Shown in pieces: positions 11,346 through 24,525 of a stretch of 64,000 nucleotides of DNA. The first letter of the stretch is position 1. Each line of letters starts with the position of its first letter. The translations under genes were made by a program, and so were the position numbers. The notes under the pieces were generated by a model. That model did no database searches and was not told the origin of the DNA. It saw nothing but the letters and a program-made list of their open reading frames with translations. This DNA comes from Ruditapes philippinarum. Taxonomy: Eukaryota. The stretch lies in NCBI RefSeq assembly GCF_026571515.1, contig NW_026853285.1:372001-436000 (forward strand). The letters are read 5' to 3'.

Positions 11346-14194
11346 TTTTTATTTTACGTCTTTCTGCCTTCTTAGCATTTGTGGCTACAAAAAATATTTG
11401 AAAACCATGCCTCCTTTACTTATTATCAAAGAAGCTTTTGACTTATTTATCAAAAGAAAATAAGATGGAAATCTCCGTTAAGTTGTTATCTTACATAATC
11501 GGTTTTCAAACTTTCTTTAAGCAGTTAGCACAGCTTTGTTATTTTAGTGAGAATGGATGCTTGAAGAAGATTTTTCAAATTTGATTAAAAAAAACAAGGG
11601 TTTTTAGAATTGATTTTCTATAACCTATTTAAAAATTAGATCTAGGATGCGGGCGTTGTTGCTGAATTGTAACTTTTACTGCCTTATTTAAATGGAACAA
11701 TACAGGACAGGGGATTAAAGAAATAGGAAAATAGTCTGTTATATTCAAAGAGTTTAAGGGTCAATTAGGCATGAGTAAATAAATGAAGAAAGATTAAGCT
11801 TTGTTTGATTTTTTATAGTTATGTATTTAGAGCTACTTAGATACTTAACAACATTGCGATAACAGAGCGATAAATGTAAATGATTTGTCATTAAAAGTTA
11901 GCAAAAACATAAATTCATCTTGGCCTGCTTCTTTAAATTTTGTCTTTGACAGCTTGTCTGTTATATATGCAGGAAAAACCCTCTTTTCTAAAATCCATTT
12001 TGATTAGTTCACGGGTTTAGGGCACATGCATTTTTTTAGCTTTGGAGGACCCTATTGCCTAATTTTCAAGGAATGGCCACCTACGTGGCACTTTGAAGAT
12101 TCCATGATATCCGCCGTATAAACACATCTGCCGATGTTTTCTTAACAATTTACCATTCCACATTGGGAAATTGTTTGACTTTGCCCTTAACTCCGGTGTT
12201 TTGCGGGTTTGTCGCGGTTTGCTTGCCCCCTTTCCGTTCATAAACAAGGGGTTCAAATTTTAAAACCCCGGGGGCTCTTTAAAGGGGTCCTTAGGGGTTT
12301 TTTTCTCTATCTTTTCTTTCCATATTTTTAAAAACTTGGGTCCAAAAAAAATTGCTTTGTGGAAAACCCAAAACAAAAATTTTTTAGGGCCCTTAGACCA
12401 AAAAAAATTAAAAATTTTTAAATTATAATCTGCATTTTTAAATGGGATTTTTTTTATTTAAAATTTTTTATTTTCAACAAGTTTACATATCGTTCAATTT
12501 ATGTATTAAAAGTTTTTTCAAAATTTACTTTACCAAAAAAAAAATTTTTTCTTTTTCGGGTCAATGGGATTTTAAATATTTTTTATTTTAATCCCTTTTT
12601 TTATTTTAAATTAAGGCAATTGGTTTAAAGGAAAATTTTTTGGGAAATTAAAAAAAATAACTTTTCTTGCAAATGCCCAAAAGCTTAAATCTTTTCCCTT
12701 GCTTTGGGGAATTTAATCATTTCAAAACCTACCCAAAATTTTTTTTGGTTAAAATCCCGTATTTGAACTTTGGGAAAAAAGTAAAATTTTCAAAATTAAT
12801 GCACCTTTTTTTTTTAAAAAAAGTTTTAAAATAAATTTTAAAATATTTTATATATTTTTTAATTTTTATATATTTTAAAATAATAAAAAATATATATATA
12901 AAAATTAATTTAAATTTTTATATTTAATTTTTTATATAAAAATTTAAAAATATATATATTTTTTTATCACCTAGAAAATAATTTTTAATGGGCAAGGAAA
13001 GTTTTTGTATAATGATATTTAAAATTTAAAATAATTTGACAAAAAAGGGGGAAAATTTTCCAAAATGGCGGAAATAAATGGACCAAACTTCCCCTTTTTT
13101 TTAAATTTTAAAAACAAAAATTTTAAAAAATCCCGGGTCAGGGTTTAATAGTTTTATATTTTTTTTGAACATTGCCCAAAACAATTCAAAATCAAAAATT
13201 TAAAAATGATATTTTGAGATTTTTTCAGATATAAAACAGATAAAAATGTATGACATTGGTGTACGTACGTGAAAATATCACCAGGCTAATAGTATGATAA
13301 TTTATTCACCACGTGATTTTTATCACATTAATCACATTAAACTGTGCTGTTATAGTTCATTTTTTTTCAGAAATCTTTGATACTGTCTTATGATTTCATA
13401 TGTCATTATTACTTACACAAACATTTAATGTATAAATTTCTTCATGTACGTATTTTGTCACAAAACTCTAGTATACAGAAAACAAAACGGTACTTCAAAG
13501 GGGGATAATACTAAAAAACAAAAACTTCTGCCTTATGAATGTTCAAACTCAAATTGTTTCAGTAATACATAGCTCTGAAACATAACTGCTGGCAGACAAA
13601 AAGAACTTTTTATAAGTAGTATTTGCTTCGAATGCTGAAAGCTTTGGTGGAAACATTACATCGGAAACGGTCTTCAACATTGCGTTTAGCATGCGAATAA
13701 GGAAACTTTAATTTGAGGTCCAAAATGTTATCCGTATAACATTGATGCCAAACATGTTCAGTGTCTCAACGTAATCAATTTAAGTAAATATGACTCTTTA
13801 CTAAAGGCAGCCATTTTAACATCGTTTGTTATGAATAAAAAAACTCATATTTATTTTTAGGACTACTTTCACATATGTTTCTCTGTTGCCGTCAGTAGCC
13901 TCAGCTATTCATTTCATCATCAAAAATTATCTGGTTATGTTTTTCAAAACGGTTCAAGATGGATGAGATAAAATGTAAATTGAATTCGAACCGCGTCACG
14001 CACCTGTAATTAATTAGTGTATTACTGAGCGCTGCACATTTAAAACTGCTTAGCAAATAGGTTTATTCGTAGACAATTTTTTTTCTTAAGGGTAAAATTA
14101 AATTAAAAGGTTATTTTTTTTTGTTTTTCCCCTTTTTTCTTATGTTAAAATTAAATTAAAAGGTTTTTTTTCGTTCTTCCCCCCCCCCCACCCA

Positions 14195-14340
14195 AGAAAT
14201 ATGGAAAACATTTTCACTTGACATATTTTAAAATTCTATATATTTCACTCGCCGTTACGGTTCGTGATAATATGTAAAATTTTATCATATTTCGTAAAAG
14301 TGTATTTCATAATTCACTCAAACGAAAAAATATCCTCAAA
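14195..14340 (-). mobile_element. CGAG-hairpin element terminal fragment
   Basis: TTCACTCG-CCG-TTA-CGG-TTCGTGA core and AATATCCTC end (reverse complement of the GAGGATATT start at 23332). Confidence 0.6.
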
Positions 14341-14434
14341 TTATAAGCATTTACAGTGTTTTTTTTTATCAGATTTAACTCTATTAAGCAAGATGATGAC
14401 CACAATGGCTATCATAAAACAAAATAGATTTTAT

Positions 14435-15563
14435 ACAAAAAAGGGAATGACACAAATTCTAAAATAAAATACTGTTTTTGTTGATAAAAAATGCAATAAT
14501 ATACGCCCTAATTTTCAAATAAGTGATAACAACAAGCTGGATTGTTAAATATTATAACATTAAATGCATCAAGTTACCCATGTACAAAGACAATTTGAAA
14601 GGCTGACCTAACAATTAAATGCACAAATTATTACATATTAATTCATTTGTTATACAACATTATTGTCAGGCTGTTCAACCAGCTTACATCAGGAATATCA
14701 AATATATCAATTAACATTTTAAAATAAGATTTTTGGCCGACCCAACGAATTTCTGAATTTTATTTTAGTTTTAAAATAAAAAGAAAAGTTTCTGTCAAGT
14801 ACGGAATCATTGTTAAGCTTGCCTATAAAAATTTCAAAATTTAAGTTAATATACATGTATATTATAACATTTAGATCTCTCTGGAAAAGATCGGAAGCAT
14901 TCCTCATTATATATATTCAAAATATAATGTTAGACTAGCCTTACAATTTCTGTTTGGCCAGCATAATATAATAACACAAATTTGAATAACCACAGTTAGG
15001 CTAGCTCGGCAAACAGATTTTGTTTTCAAAAATCACAATGAGAACTGTTTACCAAGTATTCATCATTACAAATAAAGTATTCATTATTATAAATATCAGA
15101 AAAATAAGACGTCAGGCTGTCTTAATAAATTTCACAAATTAATGTCTAAAATAACTTTCAAAACTGAGCAACAGAAGCCAAACAAAGAAAAAGTGTACAG
15201 ATAATAAAAAAGAAATTGATAGTGTTCGTAATGCTTTACAAAACATGTACATTCTACATATAATACACAAAAGATTTTTATTTCGCTTAATTTTAGAGTT
15301 TTTTCATTTAAAGATAATTATTATTCTATTGGAAAATAGAAAATATTTCGGCTAGTAATTCTATACAAATTCTTCTAAGTTTGTTGCATTTTATGTATTG
15401 TTACTGTGGTGCATCAAATTATTTATTTGAACCAGTATTACAATATTAGTTCAGTGAGCGTAAACAATATAATAAATATAGGTTGAAAAAATAAGATAAA
15501 GCAATGCAGGAAGTTAGTTGTGCTTTACAAGATTACATAGACTATCTGCTGTACGGTATGACC
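14435..15563 (-). mobile_element. Copy-1-specific segment, possibly decayed LINE ORF2 3' end
   Basis: Not present in copy 2; minus-strand fragments such as ECTCFVKHYEHYQFLFIIC weakly resemble the zinc knuckle of non-LTR ORF2; many stops. Confidence 0.25.
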
Positions 15564-17391
15564 TTTTAAAACAGATCAACTATCATATTGTGACAAACAT
15601 TCATTATTTACAATTTTACACCTACTGTATGATAGTTCTGTAATACCCGTGCGTGACACATGATTTTTGTCTTTTTTCATAACGTTGTTTTTTATAATGA
15701 TCCAGCAGTAATCTTGTTTTTTTAGATTCTCCTCAGATGTGCACGTGATCTTTTTCGTGTGTTTTCTTTAATTTGGCTAATTAGTGAGACGGTTGTTTAA
15801 CTCTTGACTACACGAAACAATCAGTTAATTCACTGGCAAATTTCGGTCAAAACAACATGGACATAGTCTACACCAAAATGATATTAAAAGGATTATTTCG
15901 GACAGTAACACGTCATTCATCCACTGAATTGCGCAAATGATGTCACCGCTCTGTTTCTCTGGCTTGAAACGGATATGAAAAAAGAGAAGAACAAAATCCC
16001 TAAAGAACGCCCACAACGGCAAAATTGAAAATCTGACTAAGCCTGTTCATGGACGGGACTGGACAGTGCAGTTACCGTCCACGCCTCTAGCACCGGCTAA
16101 AGCAGAATTGAATATTTAAACAAGAAAAATGTGAAATTTTGAATTTATAAAGATCCGCAGATATTAAGACTTCGTGACAGAAAAATTGCGAACTTTTCAA
16201 CATTCTATCATGTTAAGCGTCCTTCTGTCTTAACTTTATATGGAAACATTTTGCATTAGCGTTCTTGTCCTTTTTATCTTTGTTGCCGATTTTCACTACC
16301 ATCGTTTCACTACAGCCGTTAAATCGTAATTAGTGGATAAAATTATACATTAAATTGTTGCATTACAATTTTACGCACCTAACATAATTAGCAATATAAA
16401 GCCTGCTATCAAAAGCATTGATAAGAAAATGATTGGTATTAAATTTACTTGATTAAGGAACATTGCTTAGATGAACTTACTGATGGTTATATTTGAACAT
16501 AAGTTTGGAACAACACATGAAAAGTTTAATAAGACCAGCGAAACATATTATCGGATAATAACAATGAAATAAAATGTGAAATTCAAAGCTCGAGTAAAAG
16601 ACCTCGTATGTCTGGTCATATCTGAGAAAAAACTTTTCCTTTGGCACTGCACCTGCACGTCTTGGCAAATCTTCATCACGACATGAGCATATGATTAAAA
16701 CAACCCTTCGTACAATGCCAGGTCGCATATAACTCTTTCCGAGAAATGTCTAGTTTGATTTCTGGTGCAGTCCAGTACTTTTATATGTTTTTATGATACA
16801 ATCTTAATTTTTTTTATCTATTTTGTAAAAGCATGAACATGAAAAAAAAATTACAGTCAAGCTTTAATGATTCGTTTTGTTTACAAATGATATCTATTCT
16901 CATGTTTTAATGAGTTTGTCTAGGTTTAAAACATGTAATTGTTAATAGTAATTTAAGGAAATCAATTAAAGTGTATTTTCTGGTCAGAATATATATATCG
17001 GCAGGCTAATTCTTGGTGCAATACTGGTAATATATGCTTGTCATTATCGCCATTAGCGTTCGAAGAGTTTGAGTTCATGCTAACAGCTCGTATTATTAAT
17101 GTGAACAAAACATTTTTAACGTGTACTTAAGATTATTTTTTTCTCCACTTTCTATGCTTCTCGTTACATATCGCTCAATCTGTGTATGACATAGTGAACC
17201 ATATAAAAATACTTAAAAGTCAAGATGTGTTTATAATTATATCAATTCGAATTAAACTTGACAAAGAGTATTCCACCTAGTTCATATCAGGAGCATTTTG
17301 AATGATTTATATTTCTCAATTTCTATGCCCTGACAGTGGCAAAAATATAGAACTAAGAGTTGTTTGAGTATATACAGAAATCTAAAACCAC

Positions 17392-17638
17392 AAATGAGCC
17401 GTGTCATGACAAAACAAACATAATGGGTTTGCGACCAGCATGGATCCAGATCAGCCTGCGCATCCGCGCAGTCTGATCAGGATCCATGCTGTTCGCTACC
17501 AGTTTCTCTACTTTTTATACGGTTTGTAAGCGAACAGCATGGACCCTGATCAGACTGCGCGGATGCGCAAGGCTGGTCTGGATCCATGCTGGTGCCGCAA
17601 ACCAATTATGTTTGGTTTTGTCGTGACGCGGCTCATTT
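17392..17638. mobile_element. Palindromic MITE, full length
   Basis: About 105-bp inverted arms around a short spacer; AAATGAGCC...GGCTCATTT. Confidence 0.92.
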
Positions 17639-18446
17639 TTCTGACCATTGTGAGATCTATCATTATCAGAATGATGGTCAGTTTGAAATGTTTTCAGATA
17701 CGAAACAGATAATAATGTTTGGCATTAATGCATGATTAATATGTTTGAAAAGAATTCATGATTATCCTATCACAGAGCTTGGTTTGAAAATTCTCTTTTC
17801 ATTATACATCAGTTCGTAGCCAGCATCCATCTTTTATGTTCCTGTAAAGTCATCTTTTTTGGTACACTCTGGCTTTTGTACGAGTATCACAAAATAAATG
17901 GGACTATCTATCGTTTAAGCTTAATACCATTTCTTTTAAACAATGTATGCTCCCTAAGGAAGAACAAATTTTACATATATATAATTTCACTATAATCAGT
18001 CGATCACCATACATGTAGTTTACGATTGCAAATGTGTGTGAAGCACTGAAAAATCTCTATTTTCCTTAAACATTTCTACTCGCAGTAATTGTTCTTTTAC
18101 GGTGTTTTTCGAAATTATAAAAAAACTATTCTGAAAATGCCTAGGCTATTTTAAATCATAAGTTGTCTTTGAATTGTATATACATATATTTTTTCTGCGG
18201 CATATCTCGTGTTTAGAGGCTTTATATTGAGGCAAAGTTTATTTTATCTGTTTCAAAGTAATAATTGTCGCACAAATATGTGATCAAAGCATCATGTTTA
18301 AAGATGGCGAGCTCTATATAAACCCAGGGCCAAACAGTTTTATAATGCATATTAACCAGACAGCAGCTGTGTTTTGTTCGCCAAACGTGCTCATAATTAT
18401 TATTATCAATAGTTAAAACAACAAAACTTATTTTTGTGTTTTTCTC

Positions 18447-18700
18447 CTCGTGTCTGAGGGGTTGCCTTTACTTTGAGTCATCAGCATTGAATCCATCGTT
18501 TATCCCTGCGTGATCATAAAAGTTAGGTTAATGGGTCACAGTACTCGAGTTCATGATTCCCTTACCTGCAGCAAGTGTGGTGGTTTGACCCTTGTGGTTG
18601 CATAAAGTTTGTAACACCCGAGGATAGCCAAAATAATCTGGTTTCGGCACCATGGGACCTGAATTATGTTGGTGAGCCGTAAAACCAAATAAAGATAAGA
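18447..18700 (+). mobile_element. Degenerate SINE-like repeat (duplicate of 6560-6815)
   Basis: Paralogous position in block copy 2. Confidence 0.55.
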
Positions 18701-21700
18701 AAACATAATAATAATTAAAAAAATAATAATCCTACATTTTTCTCTATCCTTATGTTGATAATAGTAAACTAAAAGACGATACATTATTCAATAAAGCTTT
18801 TCTTTGCTAATGTATTGCAAATGCTAAGAACATTGATTGTAAAATACGATGAAGCTTTGTTTAAAAAATCAACTTAATTGGAAAATGTTGCAAGTACCAA
18901 GGTCGCCCCTAATTCATTTACGATTTGTTTCATTTAACATCTCACGGAGATACTAGTACTCTATCGTAACAGATTTTGCAAATTTCGTTTTTTATTCAAA
19001 TCAAATTGTTTAATTTCAAAATTGAAATGATGCCATAAGTGGTAAAGAATACATATTTGAACAATTTTTAGATTCCAAGTCTTCTTATTAGTGATATTAT
19101 GTATTTGACGTTTTTGTTAGATCGTAAATTATCTGAAAATCATACATAAATTTACATTGTCACATATGGAGCTTATTTAATATCAGGTTTCATATTTAGT
19201 CCGAGGTTTATATTGAAGTCTCATATATTGTCACACTGATAAATAACAAGTAACAACAAAAGCACAAGGTCGAGCAATATCATTTAGCTTTATCAATCAG
19301 GCAACAGCTGATCTCTATACCACCTTAAATTCCAAGTATTTTCATTAGTGATAGTATTCATTGATAAATCGCTAATTATCTGGAAATCATATATTAATTT
19401 ACATTGTCACATATGGAGGTAATTTAATAACAGGTTTCATATTTAGTCCATTCAAATCTCATTGACATTAATAAACAACAGATAACATCAAAAGCCTAAG
19501 GTCAAACAATATGATGTTGTTTTATCACATCTCTTTGCACGCCAGATTGAATCATATCCTATAATAATCAATCTTTTGAACAGTATTTTAATTAAGTTGT
19601 CACATATATTATTTAGTTAAGTTGTACCATATATGATATTCTTGCATGTTTTCTGTTCTGAAAATAAAATCTTTAAATTAAATAGCTTCCGAAGTATCGT
19701 CTACAAAAATACACTAAATTTCTATGGAAATGCATTGTATTTAGAAACCAACGAGAAAATGTGTATGTGTTTATTCCAAAGTGTTAGCCAATATCATACA
19801 ACTCAGAACCTCTTACTGTATATTTCACTTTGATTTTCTGATTTTTTAAGGAAATAATTGTCAAACAAGACCTACTTAAAGTTAATACTTTAGTTGTACA
19901 ATGTTAAATGATAATACAAATGTCATGTAAAATGGAATATAGTTTGTATTTTTTCTTTCTCACCATGTCTCCATCTCATTCTAACACTCTCGCTTTCCGT
20001 GATTTTTCGTTATCTCTATCTCCTACCTGTCATTTACATCTCTCTTTCTTTGTCTCTATTTAAGCTTCATTAAATCCTTGTCATTTTGACTGAGCAAAAA
20101 GTCGGTAAGTCTTTAATGCCTGCTGTATTGTTTTTCAATCACACGTTGTAAATTTCACATTCTTAGAGACAAACAATTAACCGAGATAAATTTATGAACC
20201 AACTTTGAATAAAACCATTACCATCTTTCCTACGGTCACTTAAACGATATCTTTCATTGTCACGTTTTTCTTTGTATTGAGATAATGAATTTGATATCGA
20301 ATTTGTAAAAGGAGCATACCGCTTTAATCTGATATTTACCCTGAAGGTTAATTCTAAAGAAATCCATTAAATGGGAACGTCTTTACATATTACATTTTTT
20401 GTGTATTCATAATCGAGTAAACCTAAATTTTTTCATCTAATCTATTTAAGTTCATTTTTTTACTTAAAGGCTTACCTGTTTCACTCTTACAATTTATGTT
20501 CTATCTGTAAACAAGTTAGTGTTGATACTGTGTATCCTAAGCGCTACTCAGCTCGAAAAATGTTCTAACGTACACGCTTTTTACATGCGCTCACATACTG
20601 AGTTCATTAGAAATGCCAATCAATGATTTCTTTATTGAATAGTTATTTTTTTCCAAGTAGGCCACTTTTCCTTTGAAAGGATGTATCTTCTGTCATAATT
20701 ATACACTTTAAAGAGTTTAAATAATGGTAGCAATTTTATATCTTAGCTTTGTTCAAGGAAATCAATTTACATTTGGAAAGGTCCCACTCAACATTGTGCG
20801 ACCAACTTGTCAACTGTGAACAGATTTGTAGTCATAATTTTGAAGAATACAAAAACAATAGCATCAATCTATTGTCTGTTTATCGGTACTAGTGGGAATG
20901 ACACCATTCCGATAGTGACACTTTTCTTACATCATTATGATTGACAACAGCACAACAGGAGACTGATTTTCATGACCTGTCACAGACGATATAAATGTAT
21001 CTTTCACAATTTGTTGATAATAAGTTCATTGTCCGTAAAGGTAAATACGTGTGGAAAATATTTACTATATTTCACTATTTTGTATAAGATTTCTTTTCTA
21101 TCAAAACAGTAAATACGAAAACACCAACGAAAGAGATAAACAGAGGCTGCTAAAATTTAACATTTCACAAGTAAACACCCTTATTATTCTTAAAATTAAA
21201 ATGAGAAAATTCAGCATAATATAAAGTTATGGCACGTAAATTGTAATAAATATCCTTTGTAGACATTATTATAAATCCGAATGATTAGTTAACATAAGGT
21301 GAAACAAGTCTCTTTTGTTTTAATAACTTTCGGACAGTGCAGCTGAATTACCACCAAACGTGCTAGACAAATAATTTGTTTTGTTCTATTGTTTGCTTCT
21401 ACGTCTATTTTCAATTCCAAATAAGCTCACGAAAGTATACTTTTGGAAAGATTTCTCTGGACAAAAAGATATAATTTTGTAAACATCTTGTAACAAATTT
21501 GGCACTTGAACTTTTGTATCTGGACATACGACAACTGTGACGGACACTAATGATTGCTTTTAAACTGCGTTACCATAGTGTGGAATCATATTTCAGAGAA
21601 AGAACTTGTTGGTGTGTATGGACATTTCATTAAGTATTTGCCTTTCAGACGAAATCTTAAAAAGTTTGCCATAAAGAAAACATTTACGATAATTTTATAA

Positions 21701-21713
21701 TTTTGTGTGTGTT

Positions 21714-21745
<32 letters not shown>
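21714..21745 (+). repeat. (GTT)n microsatellite
   Basis: Direct reading. Confidence 0.95.
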
Positions 21746-21944
21746 ATTAACAGGTTGCCATGTATTTCAGTTACGCGATTATACCAATAGCTGTCTAGAA
21801 TACCGTTTAAATTGCATGACTTACTACTTACTTTTAAGATATACTTAATATAGAGAAGAACTTAATAACGAACTTAATAGATTATTTTACGGCTTCCATC
21901 TTCTTACATTTTGTAGTTACAAACATTTTGAAAACCATGCCTTC

Positions 21945-24525
21945 TTTTTATACCCCCACCACAAAATATGGGGGGGGGGGGCTATAATGGATTCGCTTTG
22001 TCGCGTCCGTCCGTCTGTCCGTCCTTCCGTCTCCATTATCGTGTCCGCTCTATAAATCCTATACCAATTGAAGGATTTTCTTCAAACTTGGCTCAAATGT
22101 TCACCTCAACAAGGGAATGTGCAGAACCCATTTTGCCCATGTGTCAGCTCAAGGTCAAGGTCACAATTGAAGGTCAAATATCAAACAATCAAATGTTAGA
22201 CAGTATGTCGTGTCTGCTCTGTAAGTCCTACACTGATTGAAAGATTTTCTTTAAACTTGACTCAAATGTTCACCTCAACAAGGGGATGTGCAGAACTCAT
22301 GTTGCCCATGTGTCAGATCAAGGTCAAGGTCACAATTGAAGGTCAAATATCAAACAATTAAATATAAGACAGTATGTCGTGTCCGCTCTGTAAGTTCTAA
22401 ACTAATTGAAAGATTTTCTTCAATCTTGGCTCAAATGTTCACTTCAACAAGGGGATGTGCAGAACCCATGTTGCCCTTTGCCGGCTTAAGGTCAAGGTCA
22501 CACTTGAAGGTCAAAAATTGACTTAGAAAATATTCTTAAATTTTAACATGAATTTGAATATTTCTGAAACTAGAAAATATATATGAAGTGTCACAATTAA
22601 AATATGCAAGTTATGCCCCTTTTTAAGTCTTCAAATTTACATACAATCAAATATTAGACAATATGTCGTGTCCGCTCTATAAATCCTATACTAATGGAAC
22701 AATTTTCTTCAAACTTTACTCAAGTGTTCACCTTAACAATGTTATGTGCAGAACCCATGTAACCTTTGTGCCAGCTTAAGGTCAAGGTCACACTTGGAGG
22801 TCAAAAATTGACTTAGATAATGTTCTTAAATTTTTTACATGTACTTGAATATTTCTGAAACTAGCACAGGTATATGCTTGAAACTTAAAATATATATGAG
22901 GTGTCACAAGTAAGATATGCAGGTCAAGTTTCATAACTCTGTATTGCATTTTGACAAAGTTATGCCCCTTTTTAACTTTTTAAGTTTTTAAATTTGCATT
23001 CAATCAATACTAGACAATATGCTGTGGCCGCTTTATAAATTCTATACTAATGAAAGGATTTTCTTCAAACTTGACTCAAATGTTCACCCCAACTGGGGTA
23101 TGTGCAGAACCCATCTTACCCTTGTGCCATCTTAAGGTCAAGGCCACACTAGAAGGTCAAAATTGACTTAGAAAATGTTCTGAAATTTTAACATGTTCTT
23201 CAATATTTCTAAAACTAGAACAGATTATCATTTGAAACTTATACGAAGTGTCGCAAGTAAGATATGCAGGTCACGTTTCATAACTAAAAAAGTGGGGGGA
23301 TAACTTTGTATTGTATTTTGACAAAGTTATAGAGGATATTTGTTTGTTTGTGTGTAAGATGAAATAAAAATACATCTTACACAACAAGCAGACAAATTTC
23401 CTTTTTATTTTATGCTTAAAAACAAGTTAAAACGAAATTTCCATCATTTTGACGTTAATATTAAAACTGTTTCCTCCATTGAGAGCCCCATTTAGTCGGA
23501 ATTTCTCATTAAAAACAAGAAGTCTTGAGCTGAAAAATAAGTCCGCCAATCAACGTTAAATTACTGTGATATTAATTCATTTTATTAAAAAAATATGAAT
23601 GATCGCTTGTTTTAATAATAAAAACAAACAATTCTTGTCGGAGAAAAAGTCCAACCATCCATCCATATTTCTGTTACTTACTGCGAATTTATATTAGACC
23701 TGGCTTTGTAAACCATTTCTTAAAGTTGTGTATTTCATGGGAGGAAAATAATTGTGTAAGATTCGGAGGGATATAATTTGGATTTGTTAGTCATACACCT
23801 TTTTAAAAGAAAGAAAACTTATTTCAGGATTGTAACAGACAAAAAATAAGTGTTGACAGATGTGAAAACATTCAGAAAAGGAGCTAGGAAAATGGAAAAC
23901 TTGGAAGCTTGCTCAAGAACGCTGGGTTGTTTTACTTATTCTTCGAGTGATGGCTGTCAATGCTTTTCAATTTTTCATAAAGCAAACGGCAGTTATTGCT
24001 CGTAGGATACTTTAATAAAATTATGCCCAAATGTCATCAAGAGCAGTTTTGCATGGGGAAGGAATGTATTTCTCAGACTGTAAAAATGAAACAAAAAAAT
24101 TTAGAGACGAAATTTGGTGATTGGAATTTGAATGAATAAAAGTAAGTTTTCTTCTTTTTATTACTTTTGACATTTAAGTTGTCTTTTTCTTTAAACAGCC
24201 TGACATTGTCAGCAAAAATAAAATTGAGGTACCACATGGGGAAAATCTTAAAAAAGTATTTTCGTCATTGAAAAGAGTGAAATTATATTTTGATAATTTT
24301 TCACTGTGAAATTACAAAATATAATTTTCACGGATAAATCAGTAATCCACTGAAAAGCATAAAATAATAGTCCATTTTTATGTTTTTAAACTGATTTACT
24401 ATACTATGACGAAAATTATTCAATTCCATTGAATTATGATACAAGTTATGCCCCTTTTAGGCTTAGAAATGTTCTGTCAAGGACATTGGTGGTGGTATGA
24501 ATCGCATTCAGCGATAGTTCTAGTT
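21945..24525 (+). mobile_element. Non-autonomous Helentron (HINE/DINE-1-like) with internal satellite-like array
   Basis: 5' TTTTTATACCCCCACC, (GTCC)n microsatellite, three 169-bp units (22039, 22208, 22377) then longer variants, 3' GGTGGTGGTAT plus ATCGC-ATTCA-GCGAT hairpin and CTAGTT; empty T-rich site at ~11412-11420 in copy 1. Confidence 0.9.
23329..24368 (+). mobile_element. Terminal-hairpin element nested in the HINE
   Basis: Interrupts the HINE unit after GACAAAGTTAT; 5' hairpin 23333-23402, internal TATTTTATGCTT (23406-23417) matched by terminal AAGCATAAAATA (24355-24366); 3' end similar to 49135-49253. Confidence 0.8.

Larger units (their letters stand above)
8025..13205. other. Low-quality, homopolymer-inflated blocks (about 8025-8415, 8845-9325, 10500-11345, 12160-13205)
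   Basis: Still alignable to clean copy 2 (e.g. GTCGGTAAGTCTTTAATGCCTGCTG vs GGGCGGTAAAATCGTTTAATTTTCCCTGGGCCCG) but with systematic run expansion; abrupt switches to clean sequence between blocks. Confidence 0.85.
4972..16229 (+). repeat. Large tandem duplicated block, copy 1
   Basis: Colinear with 16773-28397 from CAGT(A)CTTTTATATGTTTTTATGATACAATC to TTAAGCGTCCTTCTGTC; differs by TE insertions, indels and garbled segments. Confidence 0.95.

Noticed and set aside
12830-12960. Pure A/T tract as an origin-like or structural element
   Set aside because: Corresponds to the (TA)n run at ~26130 in copy 2 and lies in a garbled block.
15780-16120. GC-richer conserved segment that might be an exon (also 27950-28290)
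   Set aside because: Stops in all frames examined, indels between copies, no recognisable domain; cannot be supported without RNA data.
21968-22521. Repetitive ORFs (AQMFTSTR...KVKVT)
   Set aside because: Translations of the 169-bp HINE tandem units.
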